Source of the DNA: the human T2T-CHM13v2.0 reference genome, Homo sapiens
Assembly (NCBI RefSeq): GCF_009914755.1
Contig: NC_060948.1
DNA length: 64,000 nt
Direction: 5' to 3' (one strand)
Below the pieces are notes generated by a model that saw nothing but the letters and a program-made list of their open reading frames with translations, ran no database searches and was not told the DNA's origin. Positions 1-16,200 of this stretch are shown piece after piece (position 1 is the stretch's first letter; the number at the start of each line of letters is the position of its first letter). A program made the translations under genes and the position numbers.

Positions 1-170
1 TGGGACTACACCACACTGGGACTACACCAGCTGCCACCACGCCTAGCTAATTTTTTGGATTTTTAGTAGTGACAGCCTTTCACTGTATTGGCCAGGATGG
101 TCTTGATCTCTTCACCTTGTGATCCCCTTGCCTTGGCCTCCAAATTTGCTGGGATTACAGGCCTGAGCCA
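1..170 (-). mobile_element. Diverged Alu within DYZ2 unit (cut by window edge)
   Basis: GCTGGGATTACAGGCCTGAGCCA, TTTTTAGTAG and GGATGGTCTTGATCTC are antisense Alu left-arm and linker motifs. Confidence 0.92.
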
Positions 171-740
171 AGATCCATATTTTTTAAATGAAAAAAAATT
201 TCAAAGGTACTCTGCTTGGTACAATAATCAAATGTATAAACTGAGGAATAAAACATAACCATGAAACCTACTTATAACTGCATATGGAAAATACAGAGGA
301 TAATTTTTTAAATAACATATTTTGAAAGCCTTAACTAGTAATTTGAAGAGTTGGCATTTGAAAGGCCAGTATGAATATACCTTCAAAGCAGCAACACAGG
401 TTCCCCATGAGAAAAAGCAAACTCAGGGAAAATAAAACCATAAAGGTTCAATCTCTTCTGACCTTTGAAAGACACAGCACAGACAGTGGTCCTTAGGACG
501 AAGAGCAGGAGACCCCTAATTCCGTCACCATGGCGATAGGGCATAAACATTGCTGGGTGAGGGCACAATCCACATTGTGAGGTCCAACTGCTGCCAGGAA
601 GACAGGAGTGCTTTTACATAGACCGAAAGGTCATTGAAGGCTCAGAGTTTTGTTTCAAGAACTGAATCCCAAGCCCACACGTTATTAGGCTGCGCTTCTT
701 AAAACAAGTTATGAGATGGGAAAAAGGGCACCCACAAACA
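171..740. repeat. HSATI subunit of DYZ2 (~570 bp, complex sequence); representative copy
   Basis: Near-identical copies at about 2591-3160, 5008-5577, 7427-7995, 9846-10415 and 12267-12836, and inverted at 15339-15908, 17759-18328 and 20178-20747. The name is taken from the known DYZ2 composite structure, not from an alignment. Confidence 0.8.
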
Positions 741-2298
741 TACGTATACATTATGTATATAATAATATACAGTATCATATATATAATATATATAACCTAT
801 GTATAATATTGTTTTACATCCTGCATCTTATATTATATATATTGTATAAAATATAATAATTGATAATATATAAGTTTTATATTTATACAATATGACATAT
901 AGTACATATTATAATTTATGACATATATAATGTATGTTATATATCATATATAGAATATATTATACGCTTAATATACGTATTACATATAAATTATACATTA
1001 TATATATTATATATAATATATCTGTTATATATAATACCCATTATGCATAATATATATATTATGTCTATGTTATATATAGTATAAAACAACATATCATAAT
1101 ATATACTTGTATATATAAAATGCGACATATAATATATATTATATTTTATGACATATGTAATATATATTATATATTATATATAATACATTGTATGTATAAT
1201 ACCTATATTAAATATATATTATATGACTATGTTATTAATTACATGTCACATAAGTTATATATTATATATTTTACATAGAATGTACCGGTTACATACAATA
1301 TATACTATGTTACCTATAATGTATAATTTATTACATGTAAAATAAAGAATGCAATATATTATGTATAATTTATAATATACAATATGTGGAATGTGATATA
1401 TATAACATATAATATATGTTATATGATATACAGTATATGATATATAACATACAATATATGATACCTAACATATATGGTATACAATATATATTTTATGATA
1501 TGTATTCCCTATGTTTTATATTCTGTTATATATAACTATTTGAAATTATATATAACTGTATAATATTTTATGTAAATATGTAATATAATATATATAACTA
1601 TATAATATATTATATATAACTATATATTATGTTATATATACTTTTATAACATAATTTACATAAAATATCATAATATAATATATATTATATTATTTCATAT
1701 TACGTAATATATATTACATATCACCCAATATAAGTAACATACATAATATTATAATATAGATTATATTATGTTATATTAAATCTCATATATATCATGTATC
1801 ATATATTCTATAATATATATTATACATTATATAATATGTATGTTGTCTATTATATGATATATATAACTATATATATAATTATATTATTATACATATAACT
1901 AGATAAACATGTAATTCTACATATTTTCATTTATAATATGTAGAATTATATAATCATATATAATTATTTATATTCTATAAAAAGTTATATCATTATATAA
2001 ATTATAATATATAAAAATTATAATATGTACTACAAATATATATGTTATATATCATATATGATATAGTACCTTTTTTATATATCATAATACATATAAATGT
2101 GTTTTATGTTATCTATAATTATATAATTTCATATATAAGATGTATAATATGTATTATATATTATATATGTTATGTAATATATATAGTATATATAAGATGA
2201 CAGAGGATAAATATTATATACTATGACATATAAAATATATGAGGTTATATGTTACACATAAGGCATAGCACATAACATGTAATATATATCATCTATAA
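741..2298. repeat. AT-rich low-complexity subunit of DYZ2 (~1.56 kb); representative copy
   Basis: Degenerate TA/TATAA/TATGA sequence, overwhelmingly A+T, recurring in every unit between HSATI and the Alu poly(A) end. Confidence 0.92.
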
Positions 2299-2590
<292 letters not shown>

Positions 2591-4715
2591 AGATCCATAT
2601 TTTTTAAATGAAAAAAAATTTCAAAGGTACTCTGCTTGGTACAATAATCAAATGTATAAACTGAGGAATAAAACATAACCATGAAACCTACTTATAACTG
2701 CATATGGAAAATACAGAGGATAATTTTTTAAATAACATATTTTGAAAGCCTTAACTAGTAATTTGAAGAGTTGGCATTTGAAAGGCCAGTATGAATATAC
2801 CTTCAAAGCAGCAACACAGGTTCCCCATGAGAAAAAGCAAACACAGGGAAAATAAAACCACAAAGGTTCAATCTCTTCTGACCTTTGAAAGACACAGCAC
2901 AGACAGTGGTCCTTAGGACGAAGAGCAGGAGACCCCTAATTCCGTCACCATGGCGATAGGGCATAAACATTGCTGGGTGAGGGCACAATCCACATTGTGA
3001 GGTCCAACTGCTGCCAGGAAGACAGGAGTGCTTTTACATAGACCGAAAGGTCATTGAAGGCTCAGAGTTTTGTTTCAAGAACTGAATCCCAAGCCCACAC
3101 GTTATTAGGCTGCGCTTCTTAAAACAAGTTATGAGATGGGAAAAAGGGCACCCACAAACATACGTATACATTATGTATATAATAATATACAGTATCATAT
3201 ATATAATATATATAACCTATGTATAATATTGTTTTACATCCTGCATCTTATATTATATATATTGTATAAAATATAATAATTGATAATATATAAGTTTTAT
3301 ATTTATACAATATGACATATAGTATATATTATAATTTATGACATATATAATGTATGTTATATATCATATATAGAATATCTTATACGCTTAATATACGTAT
3401 TAAATATAAATTATACATTATGTATATTATATATAATATATCTGCTATATAGAATACCCATTATGCATAATATATATATTATGTCTATGTTATATATAGT
3501 ATAAAACAACATATAATAATATATAATTGTATATATGAAATGCGGCATATAATATATATTATATTTTATGACATGTAATATATATTATATATTATATATA
3601 ATACGTTGTATGTATAATACCTATATTAAATATATATTATATGACTATGTTATTAATTACATGACACATATGTTATATATTATATATTTTACATAGAATG
3701 TACCGGTTACATACAATATATACTATGTTACCTATAATGTATAATTTATTACATGTAAAATAAAGAATGCAATATATTATGTATAATTTATAATATACAA
3801 TATGTGGAATGTGATATATATAACATATAATATATGATATATGATATACAGTATATGATATATAACATACAATATATGATACCTAACATATATGGTATAC
3901 AATATATATTTTATGATATGTATTCCCTATGTTTCATATTCTGTTATATATAACTATTTGAAATTATATATAACTGTATAATATTTATGTAAATATGTAA
4001 TATAATATATACAACTATATAATATATTATATATAACTATATATTATGTTATATATACTTTTATAACATAATTTACATAAAATATCATAATATAGTATAT
4101 ATTATATTATTTCATATTACATAATATATATTACATATCACCCAATATAAGTAACATATATAATATTATAATATAGATTATATTATGTTATATTAAATGT
4201 CATATATATCATGTACCATATATTCTATAATATATATTATACATTATATAATATGTATGTTGTCTATTATATGATATATATAACTATATATATAAATATA
4301 TTATTATACATATAACTAGATAAACATGTAATTCTACATATTTTCATTTATAATATAGAGAATTATATAATCATATATAATTATTTATATTCTATAAAAA
4401 ATTATATCATTATATATATTATAATATATAAAAATTATAATATGTACTACAAATATATATATTATATATCATATATGATATAGTACCTTTGTTATATATC
4501 ATAATACATATAAATGTGTATTATGTTATCTATAATTATATAATTTCATATATAAGATGTATAATATGTATTATATATTATATATGTTATGTAATATATA
4601 TAGTATATATAAGATGACACAGGATAAATATTATATACTATGACATATAAAATATATGAGGTTATAAGTTACATATAAGGCATAGCACATAACATGTAAT
4701 ATATATCATCTATAA

Positions 4716-5007
4716 TTTTTTTTTAGACAGAGTCTTGTCCTGTTGCACAGGGTGGAGTACAATGGCGCCATCTTTGCTCACTGAAACATCTGCCTCACGG
4801 GTCCAAGCGATTGTCCTCCCTCAGCCTCCCAGGTAGCTGGGACTACACCACACTGGGACTACACCAGCTGCCACCACGCCTAGCTAATTTTTTGGATTTT
4901 TAGTAGTGACAGCCTTTCACTGTATTGGCCAGGATGGTCTTGATCTCTTCACCTTGTGATCCCCTTGCCTTGGCCTCCAAATTTGCTGGGATTACAGGCC
5001 TGAGCCA
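4716..5007 (-). mobile_element. Diverged, 5'-truncated Alu within DYZ2 unit
   Basis: Same element, one period downstream. Confidence 0.93.
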
Positions 5008-7134
5008 AGATCCATATTTTTTAAATGAAAAAAAATTTCAAAGGTACTCTGCTTGGTACAATAATCAAATGTATAAACTGAGGAATAAAACATAACCATG
5101 AAACCTACTTATAACTGCATATGGAAAATACAGAGGATAATTTTTTAAATAACATATTTTGAAAGCCTTAACTAGTAATTTGAAGAGTTGGCATTTGAAA
5201 GGCCAGTATGAATATACCTTCAAAGCAGCAACACAGGTTCCCCATGAGAAAAAGCAAACACAGGGAAAATAAAACCACAAAGGTTCAATCTCTTCTGACC
5301 TTTGAAAGACACAGCACAGACAGTGGTCCTTAGGACGAAGAGCAGGAGACCCCTAATTCCGTCACCATGGCGATAGGGCATAAACATTGCTGGGTGAGGG
5401 CACAATCCACATTGTGAGGTCCAACTGCTGCCAGGAAGACAGGAGTGCTTTTACATAGACCGAAAGGTCATTGAAGGCTCAGAGTTTTGTTTCAAGAACT
5501 GAATCCCAAGCCCACACGTTATTAGGCTGCGCTTCTTAAAACAAGTTATGAGATGGGAAAAAGGGCACCCACAAACATACGTATACATTATGTATATAAT
5601 AATATACAGTATCATATATATAATATATATAACCTATGTATAATATTGTTTTACATCCTGCATCTTATATTATATATATTGTATAAAATATAATAATTGA
5701 TAATATATAAGTTTTATATTTATACAATATGACATATAGTATATATTATAATTTATGACACATATTATGTATGTTATATATCATATATAGAATATATTAT
5801 ACGGTTAATATACGTATTAAATATGAATTATACATTATATATATTATATATAATATATCTGTTATATATAATACCCATTATGCATAATATATATATTATG
5901 TCTATGTTATATATAGTATAAAACAACATATAATAATATATAATTGTATATATGAAATGTGACATATAATATATATTATATTTTATGACATATGTAGTAT
6001 ATATTATATATTATATATAATACGTTGTATGTATAATACCTATATTAAATATATATTATATGACTATGTTATTAATTACATGTCACATATGTTATATATT
6101 ATATATTTTACATAGAATGTACCGGTTACATACAATATATAGTATGTTACCTATAATGTATAATTGATTACATGTAAAATAAAGAATGCAATATATTATG
6201 TATAATTTATAATATACAATATGTGGAATGTGATATATATAACATATAATATATGTTATATGATATACAGTACATGATATATAACATACAATATATGATA
6301 CCTAATATATATGGAATACAATATATATTTTATGATATGTATTCTATATGTTTTATATTCTGTTATATATAACTATTTGAAATTATATATAACTGTATAA
6401 TATTTTATGTAAATATGTAATATAATATATACAACTATATAATATATTATATATAACTATATATTATGTTATATATACTTTTATAACATAATTTACATAA
6501 AATATCATAATACAATATATATTGTATTATTTCACATTACGTAATATATATTACATATCACCCAATATAAGTAACATACATAATAAAATAATATAGATTA
6601 TATTATGTTATACTAAATCTCATATATATCATGTATCATATATTCTATAATATATATTATACATTATATAATATGTATGTTGTCTGTTATGTGATATATA
6701 TAACTATATATATAATTATATTATTATACATATAACTAGATAAACATGTAATTCTACATATTTTCATTTATAATATATAGAATTATATAATCATATATAA
6801 TTATTTATATTCTATAAAAATTATATCATTATATAAATTGTAATATATAAAAATTATAATATGTACTACAAATATATATATTATATATCATATATGATAT
6901 AGTACCTTTGTTATATATCGTAATACATATAAATGTGTATTATGTTATCTATAATTATATAATGTCATATATAAGATATATAATATGTATTATATATTAT
7001 ATATGTTATGTAATATATATAGTATATATAAGCTGACACAGGATAAATATTATATACTATGACATATAAAATATATGAGGTTATAAGTTACATATAAGGC
7101 ATAGCACATAACATGTAATATATATCATCTATAA

Positions 7135-7426
7135 TTTTTTTTTAGACAGTGTCTTGTCCTGTTGCACAGGGTGGAGTACAATGGCGCCATCTTTGCTCAC
7201 TGAAACATCTGCCTCACGGGTCCAAGCGATTGTCCTCCCTCAGCCTCCCAGGTAGCTGGGACTACACCACACTGGGACTACACCAGCTGCCACCATGCCT
7301 AGCTAATTTTTTGGATTTTTAGTAGTGACAGCGTTTCACTGTATTTCCCAGGATGGTCTTGATCTCTTCACCTTGTGATCCCCTTGCCTTGGCCTCCAAA
7401 TTTGCTGGGATTACAGGCCTGAGCCA
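7135..7426 (-). mobile_element. Diverged, 5'-truncated Alu within DYZ2 unit
   Basis: Same element, one period downstream. Confidence 0.93.
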
Positions 7427-9530
7427 AGATCCATATTTTTTAAATGAAAAAAAATTTCAAAGTACTCTGCTTGGTACAATAATCAAATGTATAAACTGAG
7501 GAATAAAACATAACCATGAAACCTACTTATAACTGCATATGGAAAATACAGAGGATAATTTTTTAAATAACATATTTTGAAAGCCTTAACTAGTAATTTG
7601 AAGAGTTGGCATTTGAAAGGCCAGTATGAATATACCTTCAAAGCAGCAACACAGGTTCCCCATGAGAAAAAGCAAACTCAGGGAAAATAAAACCACAAAG
7701 GTTCAATCTCTTCTGACCTTTGAAAGACACAGCACAGACAGTGGTCCTTAGGACGAAGAGCAGGAGACCCCTAATTCCGTCACCATGGCGATAGGGCATA
7801 AACATTGCTGGGTGAGGGCACAATCCACATTGTGAGGTCCAACTGCTGCCAGGAAGACAAGAGTGCTTTTACATAGACCGAAAGGTCATTGAAGGCTCAG
7901 AGTTTTGTTTCAAGAACTGAATCCCAAGCCCACACGTTATTAGGCTGCGCTTCTTAAAACAAGTTATGAGATGGGAAAAAGGGCACCCACAAACATACGT
8001 ATACATTATGTATATAATAGTATACAGTATCATATATATAATATATATAACCTATGTATAATATTGTTTTACATCCTGCATCTTATATTATATATATTGT
8101 ATAAAATATAATAATTGATAATATATAAGTTTTATATTTATACAATATGACATATAGTATATATTATAATTTATGACATATATTATGCATGTTATATATC
8201 ATATATAGAATATATTATACGGTTAATATACCTTTTAAATATAAATTATACATTATATATATAATATATAATATATCTGTTATAAATAATACCCATTATG
8301 CATAATATATATATTATGTCTATGTTATATATAGTATAAAACAACATATAATAATATATAATTGTATATATAAAATGTGACATATAATATATATTATATT
8401 TTATGACATATGTAATATATATTTTATATTATATATAATACGTTGTATGTATAATACCTATATTAAATATATATTATATGACTATGTTATTAATTACATG
8501 TCACATGTGTTATATATTATTTATTTTACACAGAATATACCGGTTACATACAATATATACTATGTTACCTACAATGTATAATTTATTACATGTAAAATAA
8601 AGAATGCAATATATTATGTATAATTTATAATATACAATATGTGGAATGTGATATATATAACATATAATATATGATATATGATATACAGTATACGATATAT
8701 AACATACAATATATGATACCTAATATATATGGTATACAATATATATTTTATGATATGTATTCTATATGTTTTATATTCTGTTATATATAACTATTTGAAA
8801 TTATATATAACTGTATAATATTTTATGTAAATATGTATTATAATATACATAAGTATATAATATTTTATATATAACTATATATTATGTTATATATACTTTT
8901 ATAACATAATTTACATAAAATATCGTAATAGAATATATATTATATTATTTCATATTACATAATATATATTACATATCACCCAATATAAGTAACATACGTA
9001 ATAGTATAATATAGATTATATTATGTTATATTAAATATCATATATATCATGTATCATATATTTTATAATATATATTATACATTATATAATATGTATGTTG
9101 TCTATTATGTGATATATATAACTATATATATAATTATATTATTATACATATAACTAGATAAACAAGTAATTCTACATATTTTTATTTATAATATATAGAA
9201 TTATATAATCATATATAATTATTTATATTCTATAAAAAATTATATCTTTATATAAATTATAATATATAAAAATTATAGTATGTACTACAAATACATATAT
9301 TATATATCATATATGATATAGTACCTTTATTATATATCATAATACATATAAATGTGTATTATGTTATCTATAATTATATAATTTCATATATAAGATGTAT
9401 AATATGTATCATATATTATATATGTTATGTAATATATATAGTATATATAAGATGACACAGGATAAATATTATATACTATGACATATAAAATATATGAGGT
9501 TATATGTTACATATAAGGCATAGCACATAA

Positions 9531-9845
<315 letters not shown>

Positions 9846-11950
9846 AGATCCATATTTTTTAAATGAAAAAAAATTTCAAAGGTACTCTGCTTGGTACAAT
9901 AATCAAATGTATAAACTGAGGAATAAAACATAACCATGAAACCTACTTATAACTGCATATGGAAAATACAGAGGATAATTTTTTAAATAACATATTTTGA
10001 AAGCCTTAACTAGTAATTTGAAGAGTTGGCATTTGAAAGGCCAGTATGAATATACCTTCAAAGCAGCAACACAGGTTCCCCATGAGAAAAAGCAAACGCA
10101 GGGAAAATAAAACCACAAAGGTTCAATCTCTTCTGACCTTTGAAAGACACAGCACAGACAGTGGTCCTTAGGACGAAGAGCAGGAGACCCCTAATTCCGT
10201 CACCATGGCGATAGGGCATAAACATTGCTGGGTGAGGGCACAATCCACATTGTGAGGTCCAACTGCTGCCAGGAAGACAGGAGTGCTTTTACATAGACCG
10301 AAAGGTCATTGAAGGCTCAGAGTTTTGTTTCAAGAACTGAATCCCAAGCCCACACGTTATTAGGCTGCGCTTCTTAAAACAAGTTATGAGATGGGAAAAA
10401 GGGCACCCACAAACATACGTATACATTATGTATATAATAATATACAGTATCATATATATAATATATATAACCTATGTATAATATTGTTTTACATCCTGCA
10501 TCTTATGTTATATATATTGTATAAAATATAATAATTGATAATATATAAGATTTATATTTATACAATATGACATATAGTATATATTATAATTTATGACATA
10601 TATAATATATGTTATATATCATATATAGAATATATTATACGGTTAATATACGTATTAAATATAAATTATACATTCTATATATTATATATAATATATCTGT
10701 TATATATAATACCCATTATGCATAATATATATATTATGTCTATGTTATATATAGCATAAAACAACATATAATAATATATAATTGTATATATAAAATGCGA
10801 CATATAATATATATTATATTTTATGACATATGTAATATATATTATATATTATATATAATACGTTGTATGTATAATACCTATATTAAATATATATTATATG
10901 ACTCTGTTATTAATTACATGTCACATATGTTATATATTATATATTTTACATAGAATGTACCGGTTACATACAATATATACTATGTTACCTATAATGTATA
11001 ATTTATTACGTGTAAAATAAAGAATGCAATATATTATGTATAATTTATAATATACAATATGTGGAATGTGATATATATAACATATAATATATGATATATG
11101 ATATACAGTATATGATATATAACATAGAATATATGATACCTAACATATATTGTATACAATATATATTTTATGATATGTATACCCTATGTTTCATATTCTG
11201 TTATATATAACTATTTGAAATTATATATAACTGTATAATATTTTATGTAAATATGTAATATAATATATACAACTATATAATATATTATATATAACTATAT
11301 ATTATGTTATATATACTTTTATCACATAATTTACATAAAATATCATAATACAATATATATTATATTATTTCACATTACGTAATATATATTACATATCACC
11401 CAATATAAGTAACATACATAATATAATAATATAGATTATATTATGTTATATTAAATCTCATATATATCATGTATCATATATTCTATAATATATATTATAC
11501 ATTATGTAATATGTATGTTGTCTATTATGTGATATATATAACTATATATATAATTATATTATTATACATATAACTAGATAAACATGTAATTCTACATATT
11601 TTCATTTATAATATAAGGAATTATATAATCATATATAATTATTTATATTCTATAAAAAATTATATCTTTATATAAATTATAATATATAAAAATTATAATA
11701 TGTACTACAAATATATATATTATATATCATATATGATATAGTACCTTTGTTATATATCATAATACATATAAATGTGTATTATGTTATCTATAATTATATA
11801 ATGTCATATATAAGGTGTATAATATGTATTATATATTATATATGTTATGTAATATATATAGTATATATAAGCTGACACAGGATAAATATTATATACTATG
11901 ACATATAAAATATATGAGGTTATATGTTACATATAAGGCATAGCACATAA

Positions 11951-12266
<316 letters not shown>

Positions 12267-13500
12267 AGATCCATATTTTTTAAATGAAAAAAAATTTCAA
12301 AGGTACTCTGCTTGGTACAATAATCAAATGTATAAACTGAGGAATAAAACATAACCATGAAACCTACTTATAACTGCATACGGAAAATACAGAGGATAAT
12401 TTTTTAAAGAACATATTTTGAAAGCCTTAACTAGTAATTTGAAGAGTTGGCATTTGAAAGGCCAGTATGAATATACCTTCAAAGCAGCAACACAGGTTCC
12501 CCATGAGAAAAAGCAAACTCAGGGAAAATAAAACCACAAAGGTTCAATCTCTTCTGACCTTTGAAAGACACAGCACAGACAGTGGTCCTTAGGACGAAGA
12601 GCAGGAGACCCCTAATTCCGTCACCATGGCGATAGGGCATAAACATTGCTGGGTGAGGGCACAATCCACATTGTGAGGTCCAACTGCTGCCAGGAAGACA
12701 GGAGTGCTTTTACATAGACCGAAAGGTCATTGAAGGCTCAGAGTTTTGTTTCAAGAACTGAATCCCAAGCCCACACGTTATTAGGCTGCGCTTCTTAAAA
12801 CAAGTTATGAGATGGGAAAAAGGGCACCCACAAATATACGTATACATTATGTATATAATAGTATACAGTATCATATATATAATATATATAACCTATGTAT
12901 AATATTGTTTTACATCCTGCATCTTATATTATATATATTGTATAAAATATAATAATTGATAATATATAAGTTTTATATTTATACAATATGACATATAGTA
13001 TATATTATAATTTATGACATATATTATGTATGTTATATATCATATATAGAATATATTATACGGTTAATATACGTATTAAATATGAATTATACATTATATA
13101 TATTATATATAATATATCTGTTATATATAATACTCATTATGCATAATATATATATTATGTCTATGTTATATATAGTATAAAACAACATATAATAATATAT
13201 AATTGCATATATATAATGCGACATATAATATATATTATATTTTATGACATATGGAGTATATATTATATATTATATATAATACGTTGTATGTATAATACCT
13301 ATATTAAATATATATTATATGACTATGTTATTAATTACATGTCACATATGTTATATATTATATATTTTACATAGAATATACCGGTTACATACAATATATA
13401 CTATGTTACCTATAATGTATAATTTATTACATGTAAAATAAAGAATGCAATATATTATGTATAATTTATAATATACAATATGTGGAATGTGATATATATA

Positions 13501-13510
13501 ACATAATCCC
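13501..13510. other. Inversion (orientation-switch) breakpoint within DYZ2 array
   Basis: ...GGAATGTGATATATATAACATA (forward AT-rich segment, normally continuing TAATATATG) is fused to TAATCCCAGCAAATTTGG (plus-strand Alu); TA at 13504-13505 is shared by both. Confidence 0.95.
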
Positions 13511-13782
13511 AGCAAATTTGGAGGCCAAGGCAAGGGGATCACAAGGTGAAGAGATCAAGACCATCCTGGCCAATACAGTGAAACGCTGTCACTACTAAAA
13601 ATCCAAAAAATTAGCTAGGCATGGTGGCAGCTGGTGGAGTCCCAGTGTGGTGTAGTCCCAGCTACCTGGGAGGCTGAGGGAGGACAATCGCTTGGACCCA
13701 TGAGGCAGATGTTGCAGTGAGCAAAGATGGTGCCATTGTACCCCACCCTGTGCAACAGGACAAGACTCTGTCTAAAAAAAAA
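13504..13782 (+). mobile_element. DYZ2 Alu, further 5'-truncated by the inversion breakpoint
   Basis: Starts abruptly at TAATCCCAGC, lacking the TGGCTCAGGCCTG of the other copies; ends CTGTCT-A9. Confidence 0.93.
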
Positions 13783-15908
13783 TTATATATGATATATATT
13801 ACATGTTATGTGCTATGCCTTATATGTAACATATAACCTCATATATTTTATGTCATAGTATATAATATTTATCCTGTGTCATCTTATATATACTGTATAT
13901 ATTACATAAAATATATAATATATGATACATATTATACATCTTATATATGAAATTATATAATTATAGATAACTTAATACACATTTATATGTATTATGATAT
14001 ATAACAAAGGTACTATATCATATATGATATATAATATATATATTTGTAGTACATATTATAATTTTTATATATTATAATTTATATAATGATATAATTTTTT
14101 ATAGAATATAAATAATTATATATGATTATATATTTCTACATATTATAAATGAAAATATGTAGAATTACATGTTTATCTAGTTATATGTTTAATAATATAA
14201 TTATATATATAGTTATATATATCACATAATAGACAACATACATATTATATAATGTGTAATATATATTATAGAATGTATGATACATGATATATATGATATT
14301 TAATATGACATAATATAATCTATATTATAATATTATGTATGTTACTTATATTGGGTGATATGTAATATATATTAAGTAATATGAAATAATATAATATATA
14401 TTATATTATGATATTTTATGTAAATTATGTTATAAAAGTATATATAACATAATATATAGTTACATATAATATATTATATAGTTATATATATTATATTACA
14501 TATTTACATAAAATATTATACAGTTATATATAATTTCAAATAGTTATATATAACAGAATATAAAACATAGAGAATACATATCATAAAATATATATTGTAT
14601 ATCATATATATTAGGTATCATATATTGTATGTTATATATCATATACTGTATATCATATATCATATATTATATGTTATATATATCACATTCCACATATTGT
14701 ATATTATAAAATATACATAATATATTGCTTTCTTTATTTTACATGTAATAAATTATACATTATAGGTAACATAGTATATATTGTATGTAACCGGTATATT
14801 CTATGTAAAATATATAATATATAACATATGTGACATGTAATTAATAACATAGTCATATAATATATATTTAATATAGGTATTATACATACAACGTATTATA
14901 TATAATATATAATATATATTACATATGTCATAAAATATAATATATATTATATGTCGCATTTTATATATACAATTATATATTATTATATGTTGTTTTATAC
15001 TATATATAACATAGATATAATATATATATTATGCATAATGTGTATTATATATAGCAGATATATTATATATAATATATATAATGTATAATTTATATTTAAT
15101 ACGTATATTAACCGTATAATATATTCTATATATGATATATAACATATATTATATATGTCATAAATTATAATATATACTAGATGTCATATTGTATAAATAT
15201 AAAACTTATATATTATCAATTATTATATTTTATACAATATATATAATATAAGATGCAGGATGTAAAACAATATTATACATAGGTTATATATATTATATAT
15301 ATGATACTGTATATTATTATATACATAATGTATACGTATGTTTGTGGGTGCCCTTTTTCCCATCTCATAACTTGTTTTAAGAAGCGCAGCCTAATAACGT
15401 GTGGGCTTGGGATTCAGTTCTTGAAACAAAACTCTGAGCCTTCAATGACCTTTCGGTCTATGTAAAAGCACTCCTGTCTTCCTGGCAGCAGTTGGACCTC
15501 ACAATGTGGATTGTGCCCTCACCCAGCAATTTTTATGCCCTATCGCCATGGTGACGGAATTAGGGGTCTCCTGCTCTTCGTCCTAAGGACCACTGTCTGT
15601 GCTGTGTCTTTCAAAGGTCAGAAGAGATTGAACCTTTGTGGTTTTATTTTCCCTGAGTTTGCTTTTTCTCATGGGGAACCTGTGTTGCTGCTTTGAAGGT
15701 ATATTCATACTGGCCTTTCAAATGCCAACTCTTCAAATTACTAGTTAAGTCTTTCAAAATATGTTATTTAAAAAATTATCCTCTGTATTTTCCATATGCA
15801 GTTATAAGTAGGTTTCATGGTTATGTTTTATTCCTCAGTTTATACATTTGATTATTGTACCAAGCAGAGTACCTTTGAAATTTTTTTTCATTTAAAAAAT
15901 ATGGATCT

Positions 15909-16200
15909 TGGCTCAGACCTGTAATCCCAGCAAATTTGGAGGCCAAGGCAAGGGGATCACAAGGTGAAGAGATCAAGACCATCCTGGCCAATACAGTGAA
16001 ACGCTGTCACTACTAAAAATCCAAAAAATTAGCTAGGCATGGTGGCAGCTGTTGTAGTCCCAGTGTGGTGTAGTCCCAGCTACCGGGGAGGCTGAGGGAG
16101 GACAATCGCTAGGACCCGTGAGGCAGATGTTGCAGTGAGCAAAGATGGCGCCATTGTACTCCACCCTGTGCAACAGGACAAGACTCTGTCTAAAAAAAAA
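15909..16200 (+). mobile_element. Diverged, 5'-truncated Alu within inverted DYZ2 unit
   Basis: TGGCTCAGACCTGTAATCCCAGC...AGACTCTGTCT-A9. Confidence 0.93.

Noticed and set aside
357-387. Small imperfect inverted repeat TTTGAAAGG...CCTTCAAA in HSATI
   Set aside because: Short, AT-rich and bulged; compatible with chance, with no evidence for a terminator or structured RNA.
383-568. 61-aa ORF (MCPHPAMF...) repeated in every DYZ2 unit, and the overlapping 71-aa ORF
   Set aside because: The 61-aa ORF starts at TTG rather than ATG and resembles no protein I recognise. Conservation simply reflects unit identity. The 71-aa frame is missing or broken in several copies.
524-580. Strong Kozak-like context GTCACCATGG in the HSATI subunit
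   Set aside because: Opens only 16 codons (ATG at 530, TGA at 578); no promoter or splice support is visible.
13351-13542. 63-aa ORF spanning the inversion breakpoint (possible fusion gene)
   Set aside because: Low-complexity Ile/Tyr translation of AT-rich DNA plus antisense Alu with a non-ATG start; a chance product.
13504-13782. Plus-strand Alu as an independent new insertion
   Set aside because: It carries the DYZ2-specific 16-bp duplication, has no target-site duplication, and is followed by a complete inverted unit.
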